DNA of 64,000 nucleotides from Octopus vulgaris (taxonomy: Eukaryota). Positions within the stretch are counted from its first letter, which is position 1. Each line of letters opens with the position of its first letter. The notes under the pieces are model-generated. The model worked only from the letters and a program-made list of their open reading frames with translations. It was not told where the DNA came from and made no database searches. The stretch lies in the NCBI GenBank assembly GCA_951406725.2, contig OX597819.1, forward strand, positions 79,484,001 to 79,548,000. The letters run 5' to 3'. Made by a program: the position numbers and the translations under genes. This document shows positions 11,842 to 23,670 of this stretch, in pieces.

Positions 11842-14741
11842 TTTTTTTATCCAAGGGGAGGCAATAGGAGCAACAACCACAGGGACACCACAAAATAATA
11901 TAAAAATATAGCATATCAAGACACGAGTAAAATTCCGGCGAATAGTACATAAAACATAATACACATACAAAATATAAGATATACAGAAGTCCACCATCTA
12001 CCGGCCGTTTCGGGGATGTGCCAATCAATACTAGACATATCAGTACTTAAAATAGTACTTAAAATTGGCACTCCCCTCGTCAGGATGTCATATACAACAC
12101 ATATAAAACATAAACAAACACACAAATACATAGTCACATACCAGCCATTCTCAGAACCCGATATTTACGTACCCCCAGAAAAAAATTTACGTCGATCTTG
12201 AATAGAACTTTATACGCAAGCCATTCGATACAGTCGCCATAGGAAATTGTATACACGCAGCGCCATCTGGCCCGTTTCACTTCAGCACTTAATTTATTTT
12301 ATTTTATTTTATTCCAATTTTATAAATTCTCCCATACATGCAAAGCCACATACTCATGTTCGATTCCTCGACTAACAGCTATTTTTCATATAATCACATT
12401 ACTTTAGTTTTATCTCGTTTTCCACTCACTATACTTACTAAACTTAATTCACTTGTTATTGGTTAGCTGTAACTTTTATTGCTATTCTACTTGTAAATTC
12501 CCTACCTATTTTTTAATAATTACATTACTTTAGTTAAATCTCATTTACCACTCACTATATTTACTAAACTTAATTCAATTGTTATTGCTTAGCTCAAACT
12601 TTTATTGCTTTTTCTATTTCTAAATTTCTATAGAACGTCGAGTGGATCTTATGCGTACACGCCGGTATTGCATCAGTGAACTTATTTAATACTGCGTTGT
12701 TATAATTTTTCAATATAGTGTATGCCTCCCTTATGCATAAACCGCATCTAGTGGACCCAATTCTATAAGGAGAGGCATGCGCAAGGATAGCCCATGATAT
12801 TTTAAATTCAACATTCCTTTCCTTGAGGTCGTTAATATGTAATGCCAGTGTTATAGAGGTCCTATATTTAGAATTGTTGAAGGAGCTCAGGTAGGATCGA
12901 TACCTCTGCTTAAAGTCTACAGTGCTTCCGATATATATTTTTATCTGGCCTCCTTGAGCCTCAACACTACATTTATAAACCACATTTTCCTGGCGACAAT
13001 TCCCCTAATCGGACATTCAGTTGGGTCCCTACAATTACATTTCTTCAACCTGCTACGGGGTCTCGTATTATTGATAACTCCGAAACCGTGTGCATTCCTT
13101 GTACTAGGATCCACCATATCATCCACACCATCGTTCGTACTATTTTCCGGTATAATTATTCTATTATTATTCCTACTATTTCCATTCTTCTTATTTTCAA
13201 TTGTATTTTTATTTTTACTAATATTTTTATTACCATTTCCACTACTATTAACACCATCAATACCACCCTGATAATCATTATAATCACTAATATCATCACC
13301 GACATCATTATTATGATTATCTCTACTATTTATATTATTTGTCACCCCAACACGCCTTTCACAATCGATTTCAGAAGACGTACTATTAATATTAATACCC
13401 TCTTCTATGTCTCTAATGAATTTTCCATTAAAGCTTCTGTCATCATTTCTATTATTATAGCGTCTTATTTTACTTCTGTTCAACGAAGCAATAATATATC
13501 CGACATTGGGAGTGACTGAGTAGGCCAGCTTGATTGTTGACTTGTTACATATTGAATAATACTTATGGTGTTTTGGGAAAATTTTCTTCAATAACTTAAA
13601 AAATAGCTTTGGTAAACCTTTCACCCTTAATGAAAAGGGAGGGGCAAACCAAGTAACTTGACGAATCCTATGCTTAGTATTAATAGTGGGATTACAATAT
13701 GTTGCTTGGCTTGATGTACTAAATGTAAGGGCACTTCTGTATCTATTACTAATATTAAATCTCTATTACTACTAGTGTTATTCTTATTTCTATTACCACC
13801 TTCATTAGACCTAAACCTAACGTTACACCTTAATTCACATTTATGATTCATATTATTTGTAACCCCTTCCCTCCCGTTACCGTTATCGTCCATGATATTT
13901 TCATCCTTACAAATCTCATTATTAGCCTTATTAACGTGGTTACCATTTACAAGACCAACCACATCGCATTCCTTTCTCCTATTTCCAAAGCTTCTTTTAT
14001 CAGCACAAATATTGGTCATTATTAGCTTGTTGCCATCCGAAATCCGTTTCATATCGTCGCTGACCATGCTGGCCAATTTAATTTTTAATTTGGTATTGGG
14101 TATGTATTCAATGTCATTTGTGAACCCACTCAATTTCAAGGCATTGTTGTATATTGGGGCGTGTTGATTAAAGATGTTTTCATTCGCCGATAGGTTTGAG
14201 AGTCTGATAGAAATTGCACTTACGATGCTATTGATGGTTGATTTGGGATGATTTAAGGAGACATTGATATATTGCAAAGTTTGGTTTGGTTTTCGGAAGG
14301 GGTAGTGCAAGCTGGTATTTAGGTCGAGAGTGACATCCAGGAAATTTGCCACTTTAGGATTATTCTCAAAAACGATGCTCAAATTATAAAAGTCCTTAAG
14401 AAATTCTCTAAGGTCCGTTTTCATTCTTTCAATTTGTGGATTTGAATGATTAGAGACGATGAACAATGCATCATCCCTATAAATCCCTCCGGATAGAGAT
14501 GGGAAAACTCGCTTAATCTTGTCTAACAGAAATAGACCAACGATATCCGTTACTTGAGCCGAGTCCGAAGATCCCATAGTGATGTCGAATAAATTAAAAG
14601 AGTCCGATTTAAACCAGTGGTGCGTTCCATAATTTATCAGAGTCATTCTTGCTGCTTGAATAATGTCAATATCTAGATTCGATATTTCAACAAAGTTCCG
14701 GGCGAAAATGATTGCTTTGTTCAGTAAGATGGGAGATATCG
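11841..14741 (-). mobile_element. Penelope-like retroelement of a second clade (YRDD-type RT), 5'-truncated, frameshifted
   Basis: ITMGSSDSAQVTDIVG, GIYRDDAL, NFLDVTLDL, PFRKPN…YIN…NHP; CNCR…CP linker; VYKCSV…IYIGST…FKQRY…CGLCIRE…LNK…CTH (GIY-YIG). 3' UTR has a ~125-bp-period duplication and an HHR, and ends at (TA)n. Confidence 0.9.
11995..12087 (-). ncRNA. Type I hammerhead ribozyme, canonical core, long stem II
   Basis: catc-CTGACGA-gggga gtgccaat…attggcac a tcccc-GAAA-cggccgg-TA-gatg. All core nucleotides present, 13-bp stem II, GUA cleavage triplet. Confidence 0.88.
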
Positions 14742-14809
14742 AGATATACATACATATAAATATATACACATATGTGTGTGTGTGTATGCATGTGCGCGCG
14801 AGTGCGTGT

Positions 14810-15158
14810 CTTTGTGTTTGCACCCCACTCACACTTGAGAATAGGTTTTGGTTTGTTCACGTTCCTGTATTTTCTTGTTTTGTCAAGAATAAGTGGCCTA
14901 TAGAATAAGTACGAGGATATAAAAAAAATAGAAGTAGTGGTGTCGATTTGTTCGACTAAATTGTTCAAAGTGGTGCTGCAGCGTGGCCGTTGTCCAATGA
15001 CTGAAATAAATAAAAGTGAACGAAATCATACAACTGATGTAATGACATATTTATGCGTGGCACCTTGGGCAAGTGTCTTCTACTATAGCCTCGGGCCGAC
15101 TAAAGCCTTGTGAGTGGATTTAGTAGACGGAAACTGAAAGAAGCCCGTCGTATATATG

Positions 15159-15189
<31 letters not shown>

Positions 15190-15408
15190 GTGTGTTTGTG
15201 TTGATGTGTTTGTCCCCCTCTGCATTGCTTGACAACCGATGCTGGTGTGTCTATGTTCCCGACACTTAGCGGTTCGGCAAAAAGAGACCGATAGAATAAG
15301 TACTGGGCTTACAAAGAATAAGTCCCGGGCCTGAGTTGCTCGATTAAAGGCGGTGCTCCAGCATGGCCGCAGTCAAATGACTGAAACAAGTAAAAGAGTA
15401 AAGAGTAA
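14810..15408 (+). mobile_element. SINE A 3' half followed by a 5'-truncated SINE A
   Basis: 15055-15408 is nearly identical to 46193-46530. 14810-15015 has the gtggtgctgcagcgtggcc…gactgaaa tail. Confidence 0.85.
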
Positions 15409-15876
15409 ATGCACACGCACACAAACACATAGAAACACACAAACACATACATACATACATACATACATACACACATACATACATACATACATACATACAT
15501 ACATACATACATACATACATACATACATACGTACATACGTGTGTAACACAAACCTAAACACCACACATATACGCACAGATACCCTTTTACATATGAAAGA
15601 TAACACAGACTGACACAAAAGCTGTGTGTGGGCGCAAGACACAAGCTAACATATATGTATCCATACGTATGATCAAAATGAAGACTAAATACACCATCAC
15701 ATACAAACACAAACACACACATACACGCACAAACAGAAACATACAAACCCACAGCCATCAACACATGCGAAAACACAATCGCAAACGCTTTAATTGAAGT
15801 GAATGTGTTTTACACAAAGCTTGATGGAGGTTTGTACATGATGGTGATGGCTTCGTAACGCAACCTTACTGGTAGC

Positions 15877-15985
<109 letters not shown>

Positions 15986-16025
15986 ATATATATTCATATC
16001 TATATCTATATCTATCTATTTATTA

Positions 16026-16188
<163 letters not shown>

Positions 16189-16445
16189 ATATATATATAT
16201 TATAGAGATGTACTTGTATAGCAATGACCTGATCTGAGATCGTGTGCTGAAACGAAAACAATTACAACGTGGAAGGTGTTTTTAAGCCATTTAAAAACAT
16301 GCAAAATCCGCTAGAATCACTTCAAAATTAAAATTTAGTTTGTCAAAATATTTTCGTCGATTTGAAACCGCGACCTGTTCACTGACAAAATTCCGTGCTG
16401 CAGAATTTTAGTGTATTTCTGCCTATGTATGTATTTGAATATAAG

Positions 16446-16486
<41 letters not shown>

Positions 16487-16502
16487 ATGTGTTTGTGTAT
16501 GC

Positions 16503-16539
<37 letters not shown>

Positions 16540-16752
16540 TATATATATATATATTTATGGGTATGTATATTAATGCGTGTGTATGTACATGTGTTTGTAT
16601 ACGTTTGTACTTTTTCTAGGAATGTAATGTTAATATTTGCACGTCACATATTTGAGTGTGTGTACGCATGTATGCAAAGGAATATAAATACGTTACTTTT
16701 ATTGGACTTTCTATTTCTGTTAACATGTCCTATGATTTTGTTATTCCTATCC

Positions 16753-16834
16753 TTTCTGATGAGATTGATGCTTTGCTGACCATTATTTACCCTGTCAGAC
16801 ATTTTGAGGTGGTCCCTTCGAAACATAGGTAGAA
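16753..16834 (+). ncRNA. Type I hammerhead motif with long stem II region
   Basis: ttt-CTGATGA-ga…(~55 nt)…tc-GAAA-catagg-TA-gaa. Core intact, stems weak. It lies ~25 nt upstream of (TA)n. Confidence 0.6.
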
Positions 16835-16877
16835 TTCAAGATATAAAAAAAAATTATATATATATATATATATATAA

Positions 16878-16927
<50 letters not shown>

Positions 16928-16951
16928 TTTATATCTTGAATTCTACTTATG
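16824..16951. repeat. Inverted repeat (~33-bp arms) centred on (TA)n
   Basis: cataggtagaattcaagatataaaaaaaaatta … taatttttttatatcttgaattctacttatg. Confidence 0.9.
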
Positions 16952-17165
16952 AGACACACGCAAATGCACTAAATGAGGAGTAGATAGACAGCCGACAACT
17001 GATGAAGGGTCGTTTTTCTTTGTAAACTTGTCCTGTTTTCCATCTTTTCCTCGATGTTTACTTATTGCATTCGTTTTTGTCCTATATTTACTTTCCACGT
17101 CTTGTATCTAGCTCTCGTGTGTATGTTATTTGCACCGTTGGTGACGTCCTGTACCCATATATGCA

Positions 17166-17225
<60 letters not shown>

Positions 17226-17473
17226 TGCATATATGGGTACAGGACGTCACCAACGACACACATGCATATATGGGTACAGGACGTCACCAACGGTGCAAAT
17301 AACATACACACGAGAGCTAGATACAAGACGTGGAAAGTAAATATAGGACAAAAACGAATGCAATAAGTAAACATCGAGGAAAAGATGGAAAACAGGACAA
17401 GTTTACAAAGAAAAACGACCCTTCATCAGTTGTCGGCTATCTACTCCTCATTTAGTGCATTTGCGTGTGTCTC
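16951..17473. repeat. Near-perfect palindrome (~225-bp arms) centred on (TA)n
   Basis: The arms are reverse complements apart from a 4-nt indel and a 37-bp tandem duplication in the right arm. The ORF track shows mirror ORFs (17054+ and 17374-). Confidence 0.95.
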
Positions 17474-17557
17474 AGTAATGTATATGCTTATGAAGATATT
17501 GATATACTTATATGCATATATCCATATACACATAATCCTAGATATATACATACAATA

Positions 17558-17885
17558 TATGGCTCAGTGGTTAGAGTGTCGAGCTTACGATCGTGAGGTT
17601 GTGAGCTCGAATCCCGGACCGGGCTGCGTGTTGTGTTCTTGAGCAAGGCACTTTATTTCACGTTGCTCCAGTTCACTCAGCTGTAGAAATGAGTTGCGGC
17701 GTCACTGGTGCCAAGCCGTATCGACCTTTGTCTTTCCCTTGGATAACACTGGTGGCGTGGAGAGGGGAGGCTGGTATGCATGGGCGACTGCTGGTCTTCC
17801 ATAAACAACCTTGCCCAGACTTGTGTCTAGGAGGGTAACTTTCTAGGTGCAATCCCATGGTCATTCATGACCGAAGGGGGTCTTA
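17558..17885 (+). mobile_element. tRNA-derived SINE family C
   Basis: A box tggctcagtggttaga and B box-like gctcgaatccc, followed by a gtgttcttgagcaaggcactt core. Confidence 0.8.
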
Positions 17886-17913
17886 AACCTACAAATGTAT
17901 ATATATGTATATA

Positions 17914-17960
<47 letters not shown>

Positions 17961-18587
17961 GTTATGTATGTATGTATGTATGTATGTATGTATGTATGTA
18001 TGTATGTATGTATGTATGTATGTGTATGTGTGCTTGAGTGTTCTGTTAAAGTAGATGGCTGTAGCGAAGTGGGGTGTAGGGATGGCAATGTTATGACTCC
18101 ACCACCACATCATTTCAACAAACTCTTAGTTGGAATACGTTGTCTGAACTTCACCTAACTTCTCTCTAAATTATCTCCTCATCCACCAAAGTCCAACGCA
18201 TCAAAATTAGATTACACCAATTTCTCGGAAATTAAATACATTTACTTCGGATTGTATCTTACATATGTCTATTACTCTGTCTCTGTTTACTTGTATTTTG
18301 TCTGGGCTTTATAGCCGTAGATATGTCAAATTATGCAATTTAAATATGTTTGTACTTGTATTCACGTCTATAAGTGTGTTTCTGCATATTTCTTTATGTG
18401 TATGATTAGTTATATGTGTGTTTACTTGCACGTTTGTCAATAAATCTGTTTATATAAATATTCATATTTCTGGGTGTGGTTTCTCACCCTTAAAATGTAT
18501 TACATTGTTTTTTTACATGTTTGTGGGTTCAAATGTAATCTTTGCTAAGTAAATACTTTCCGAAATAAAAATACATTTCACTCAAAT

Positions 18588-18683
18588 GGCTTCGAGGATG
18601 CTACAGCATGTTACTCAAGCAATCAGCTTGAGTAACATACTGAAGCAGTGTACTGTTTCTGCTGGCGGAAACAGCTGTAAGCT
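18588..18683 (+). ncRNA. Hammerhead-like motif with a large hairpin inserted in stem II
   Basis: ggct-TCGAGGA-tgcta…tggcg-GAAA-cagctg-TA-agct. Internal hairpin atgttactcaagc/gcttgagtaacat; the core deviates at C3 and U4. Confidence 0.55.
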
Positions 18684-18916
18684 AATGAGGTAAATAACGT
18701 CATTTATATTTCCTTGTCATTACATTACATACATATACATATATTACATACATATGCATACATAAACACACACACACACATATATACATACACACATATA
18801 TATATATAAGTATATCTATAAGTATATATGTATACAGATATATATATACATACATATATGTATTATAAACTTTTCTCTAAAGATATGTATTTATACACGT
18901 ACGTATCATTGACATA

Positions 18917-19003
<87 letters not shown>

Positions 19004-19030
19004 CACTGTCTAACTGTCTATCTATTTCTT

Positions 19031-19069
<39 letters not shown>

Positions 19070-19073
<4 letters not shown>

Positions 19074-19376
19074 CGTGACCGTGACCGACCAGGCTATCAG
19101 ATTTTGCTGCATATCGCTGGTCACAATGCGCTTCGCATTGTTTTAGCCTTCAAATGACGCCACCTCGCGTGCTAAGCGAGCAGGCCAACAGAAGAAAGAG
19201 TGAGAGAAAGTTGTCGTGAAAGAGTACAGCAAGTATCACCCCTACCCCATGCCGGAGCCTTATGGAGCTTTAGGTGTTTTCGCTCAATAAACACTCACAA
19301 CGTCCGGACTGGGAATCGAAACCGTGATCCTACAATCGCGAGACTGCTGCCCTAACCACTGGGCCATTGCGCCTCC
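19070..19376 (-). mobile_element. tRNA-derived SINE family D
   Basis: Minus strand reads ggcgcaatggcccagtggttagg (A box) and ggtttcgattccc (B box), with a (tcacgg)n tail. Confidence 0.8.
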
Positions 19377-19409
19377 TCACACACACACACACACACAACC
19401 CATATATAT

Positions 19410-19461
<52 letters not shown>

Positions 19462-20285
19462 CATACATACATACATACATACATACATGTGTGCGCGCGC
19501 ATGTGTGCGTATGTATATATGTACATATATTTGTATATATTTACATATGTATCAGAAGAGGGGGTGTATTCAATGCGCACCGACTTACAAAATGTAGACA
19601 CATATCGAGACACAAACATGAAACCCACGCACGTCCATATGCATTTGTAACAGAAAACTTCTGAGCAAAAATTTTGTACATAACATATATAACGTTTAAT
19701 GAATAAATACGATTTCGGTGAGCGATTGCAATAAAAATTAGATTTGTTTTCCAATTTTTTTTCCGAGTATTATCCCTAGAACTTTTAGAGGATTAATTTC
19801 TTCTGTCTATAGCTTAAGTAATTTTAAGTTATGTATCAAATTTGTTTAGAGAGGAATGAATACTTCTCTGTTCCTCTCTCTCTCTGTTTCCAGATAGACA
19901 TATGTGTGGGTATGTATAAATGTGTATATATGTACATATATATGCATATACATATGCTTATATATACACATACATAGATGCATATATATGTATCATGAAT
20001 ATATGTATGCATGTGTGTATGTATCTAAGTAGAAGTAGAGAAGAATATGTTTAGAAGGATAATACGTTTCCCCATCATTTCTTCTTCCCCATTTCTCCCT
20101 CCCGTTTATCATTAAAAAGTACATTTAACTGAATATAAATTTAACACTGGCAAACAATCTATAGCCCTATAGACCTATATATGACAAAAGTTTGCACCAT
20201 TTCCACGTTCATACCGCAACCACTTGTCTTCCACCCACAAAATGAACTAAAATATAGATAACAACCAGAATGATCAACATCGCTG

Positions 20286-20542
20286 CAGAAAATTATAAGT
20301 TCAAAAAGGTCATATTTTGGTAGTATATATATATATACACAGAAGGAGATATATTTAGGAGTTTACAAAGAATTTGGGATGAACTGACCTGTTTCATCAT
20401 TTTATCGTTTCACCATTTTTTTAACGATAAAATGGTAAAACAGGTCAGTTCAACCCACATTCTTTATAAGCACCTAAATATATCTCCTTCTGTGTATATA
20501 CATACTACCAAAATATGACCTTTTTGAACTTATAATTTTCTG
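20286..20542. repeat. Inverted-repeat element with hammerhead 3'-half-like inner ends
   Basis: ~120-bp arms (cagaaaattataagttcaaaaaggtcatattttggtag…). Each arm has (G/A)AAAcaggTCagtt pointing outward. Confidence 0.8.
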
Positions 20543-20846
20543 TGTATATATATATACATACTTCCAAACAAACGATTTCTAATGAAATCCTAATATTTTT
20601 TTTGAACTTTTAAATAATTTCTCAAGATTTTTTCTGTAAATTGTTTTTAACATTTTCTTATTATTATGAAAGAATGTATATATGTATTGTAATTTTTTGT
20701 TCCTAATATTTTAATGAAGTTTTTAATATTTTTCCAAGATTTTTCCCTGTAAACTGTTTTTGACATGTTATTATTATCAAAGAATGTCTATATGTATTAT
20801 AATATTTTGTGACAACCAGTACTTAACACAACAAAGCTTTTACATG

Positions 20847-20892
20847 TTACTTTTGACAATCTTTTTCTAAAAAAGCGAAACCAGTCAAGTGA
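20847..20892 (+). ncRNA. Degenerate type I hammerhead motif
   Basis: ttactt-TTGACAA-tctttt…aaaagc-GAAA-ccag-TC-aagtga. It follows a ~115-bp tandem duplication (20589-20810) and precedes (TA)n at ~20975. Confidence 0.5.
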
Positions 20893-20972
20893 ATAAACAT
20901 CTTTTAAAATTGCATTTTAAAACCTTCTTTCATATATAATTCCATCGTGCGGTACCTTACAACTTCACTTTG

Positions 20973-21009
<37 letters not shown>

Positions 21010-21011
<2 letters not shown>

Positions 21012-21196
21012 TTGACCGCTAGCCACTAAAACTTTGTTTTTATTATGTCTGTTTATTTTTTCGTGTTCCTTTCTGTTGAAGAGCGTTGACACGAAACGTA
21101 AAAGACTTTCTCACCTTCTCGAGCGTTAAACTAATACATCCGTTTGTTGTTTACACACCTGTCTTCGTCTTTTGATTTTTTTTTTGTAAATGCCAA

Positions 21197-21198
<2 letters not shown>
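21010..21198 (+). mobile_element. Non-autonomous PLE terminus with HHR (21069-21104)
   Basis: Homologous to 10480-10643. cttt-CTGTTGA-a-gagc…acac-GAAA-cg-TA-aaag, with stem II damaged. Confidence 0.75.
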
Positions 21199-21249
<51 letters not shown>

Positions 21250-21387
21250 CATCTATATGTATATATAGATATATGTTTATATATACGCATATATATACCT
21301 ATATATATACATATGTGTGTATATATATACGCATATATATTTGTATGTATATATATATATGTATATATATACATATGCATATACATA

Positions 21388-21848
21388 CGCGTTGGCGAGA
21401 AAGATATGCCATAATATACATCTGGAAGATCCTAGAAGGACTTGTCCCAAACTTTGGCATCGAGAGTTACACAAATGCCAGAACTGGGCGCCACTGCATG
21501 GTGCCAAGGACTCCAAATTTGCCATCAAGATGTAGGACAAGATACTGTGATAGCTTGGGCTTCAGAGGCCCACAGCTCTTCAATATCCTCCCGTAGAACC
21601 TGAGAGACCTGCATGGGGTGGATGCAGATGTCTTTAAAATAAAACTGGATCTCTTCCTGTCAGGTGTCCCAGATAAACCAACTTCACGGCAGCAGGTGCA
21701 GATGAGGGCAGCTGCATCGAACTCTCTCGTGCACCAAATGGCAGTTGCTAAAAAGCATTCGTGAAGTAAAATCATGTAGCAACACCAAATGGCGGTGCCC
21801 CAGCATGGCCACAGCTCGTGAGCTGAAACTAGATAAGATAAAGTAAAA
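21388..21848 (+). mobile_element. 3' end of a CR1/L2-like LINE (ORF2 C-terminus + 3' UTR)
   Basis: [19 protein letters not shown]…GPQLFNILP*NLRDL…VFKIKLDLFLSGVPDKP…AASNSL, then the tail ggcggtgccccagcatggccacag. Confidence 0.8.
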
Positions 21849-21874
21849 AATATTACATATATATGTATATATAT

Positions 21875-21930
<56 letters not shown>

Positions 21931-22150
21931 ATTATTATTATATGTAGAAAAATACAAACTAGGACAAGAACGCAAAACACTTAGAAGACGATACAAAAAA
22001 CACAGACGGGACATTCGAAGCCCTCAATCTTCAGTCAAGAACCGGATCATCGTAGCAATTTCGGCTGATTAATCTTGAGATCGCTCCGATCCGGCCAGCC
22101 CCCAGGAAAAACTAAGCTACGAGCATTAGATATGTATATATATATATATG

Positions 22151-22190
<40 letters not shown>

Positions 22191-22450
22191 ATTTATTAAT
22201 AAGGCTGTAAAGATATTACAAAAACTGTTACCCAGAGCTTCACGTTCCCGTTCTTAATTTGGAGAAAAAAATAAAGAACTTTATTTTTGTTCCATACTCA
22301 ACTAAAACTGTCCGACGAACGCGAACGTGAAGCTCTGAGTAACAATTTTTGTGATGTCTTTGCAGCTTTAATAAAGGACCTTACTCTACCTCCGGTATTC
22401 GAGTACTATTTTGTTCCCAATTTGTTTCACATTTATATGCTTACTCTGGA
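22191..22450. mobile_element. Palindromic twin-hammerhead element in (TA)n (copy 1)
   Basis: Left arm 22191-22253 (minus, partial HHR). Right arm has tgt-CCGACGA-acg cgaa cgt-GAAG-ctc t gag-TA-aca (22309-22344), then AATAAA and a ~75-nt one-sided tail. Confidence 0.8.
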
Positions 22451-22535
22451 TATATATATATATATATACACACACACATTTGCTGGTGTATAAGAGTCTC
22501 TGTGTATGTTACTCTATAAACACACCCAATCTCAC

Positions 22536-22575
<40 letters not shown>

Positions 22576-23086
22576 GCATACAAACATTGTGTCCTGCTAA
22601 ATTAGCCAGTTATGTTTATTATTTACATAATGTTTTTATCACGCAGTTCAAAGTGGACCACATGTTCAATTTCTTTTAAGGACGAAAATTGCAGGGATTT
22701 TGTCGACGTTATCATTCACATAAGAAGTAAATCCACAAACTTCATTTGCATTCCACGTCTTTAATATGAATATGAATATCTTTAAATATGTGAGTCAGTC
22801 GGTGTGACTTTAGACAGAGCAAACTCTATAATGCTTTAATAAAATAATCGTAGAAGATACCTTCAAATAATTTATGCAAAACCATTTAATTAGGTACGGT
22901 GTCTATCCTGCAAATGAATTTCAATAAAAATTTAATTATTCGTACTCTGAAAATCTTTATCAAATGGATGAGATATATATTAAGGTAATGCATTTATTAC
23001 ATACAATTTTGAAATTATTTCTTGTACACCACGCTAATACTAGTATATATATATACAAATATACTCATACAAACACAAACACGCTT

Positions 23087-23309
23087 AACGAGCAGTGCTG
23101 AAAAGTTACTGGCTTTGAAGGTATCACGAAAGGCTTGATTGGAGACTCAACCTTCCGAGTTCTTTTAGAGTGTTTAGAAAAACTGAAGGACCGCTGCATT
23201 AAGTGTGTGAATCTGAGAGGATAATATACTAAAGAAAATCATAATTAACTGATCCTCCTGTATTTTCTTTTACCCAAAGCCAGGAACATTTTAGCACCCC
23301 CAACTCGTA
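23087..23309. mobile_element. Mariner-like MITE
   Basis: Imperfect TIRs acgag…gtgctgaaaagttactggcttt / aaagccaggaacattttagcac…ctcgta. Confidence 0.65.
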
Positions 23310-23329
23310 TGTTTAAATGTACATACACG

Positions 23330-23388
<59 letters not shown>

Positions 23389-23405
23389 ATATATATATAT
23401 ATATA

Positions 23406-23595
23406 TAGTTAATCCAAACATGAAAGCACAAAAAGACACAGCAACGCGAGGACGTGGAACAAATATAGTATTACTGGACGCTCAGGAAAGAAGGAAAGAA
23501 GGAGGGTTTAACGTTTCGAGCGGAGCTCTTCGTCGGAAACATAGGAGAAGGAAAGACAGAGGAAAAATAAACCGCCAACGGTACACACGCGGTCA
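23406..23595 (-). mobile_element. Non-autonomous PLE terminus with HHR (23506-23540)
   Basis: gttt-CCGACGA-a-gagc tcc gctc-GAAA-cg-TT-aaac. Homologous to 38490-38698; ends in (TA)n. Confidence 0.8.
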
Positions 23596-23602
23596 TATAC
23601 AT

Positions 23603-23670
<68 letters not shown>

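Noticed and set aside
17558-17635. tRNA-like sequences (also 19300-19376, 46126-46200)
   Set aside because: A and B boxes are present but there is no full cloverleaf, and they continue into SINE bodies.
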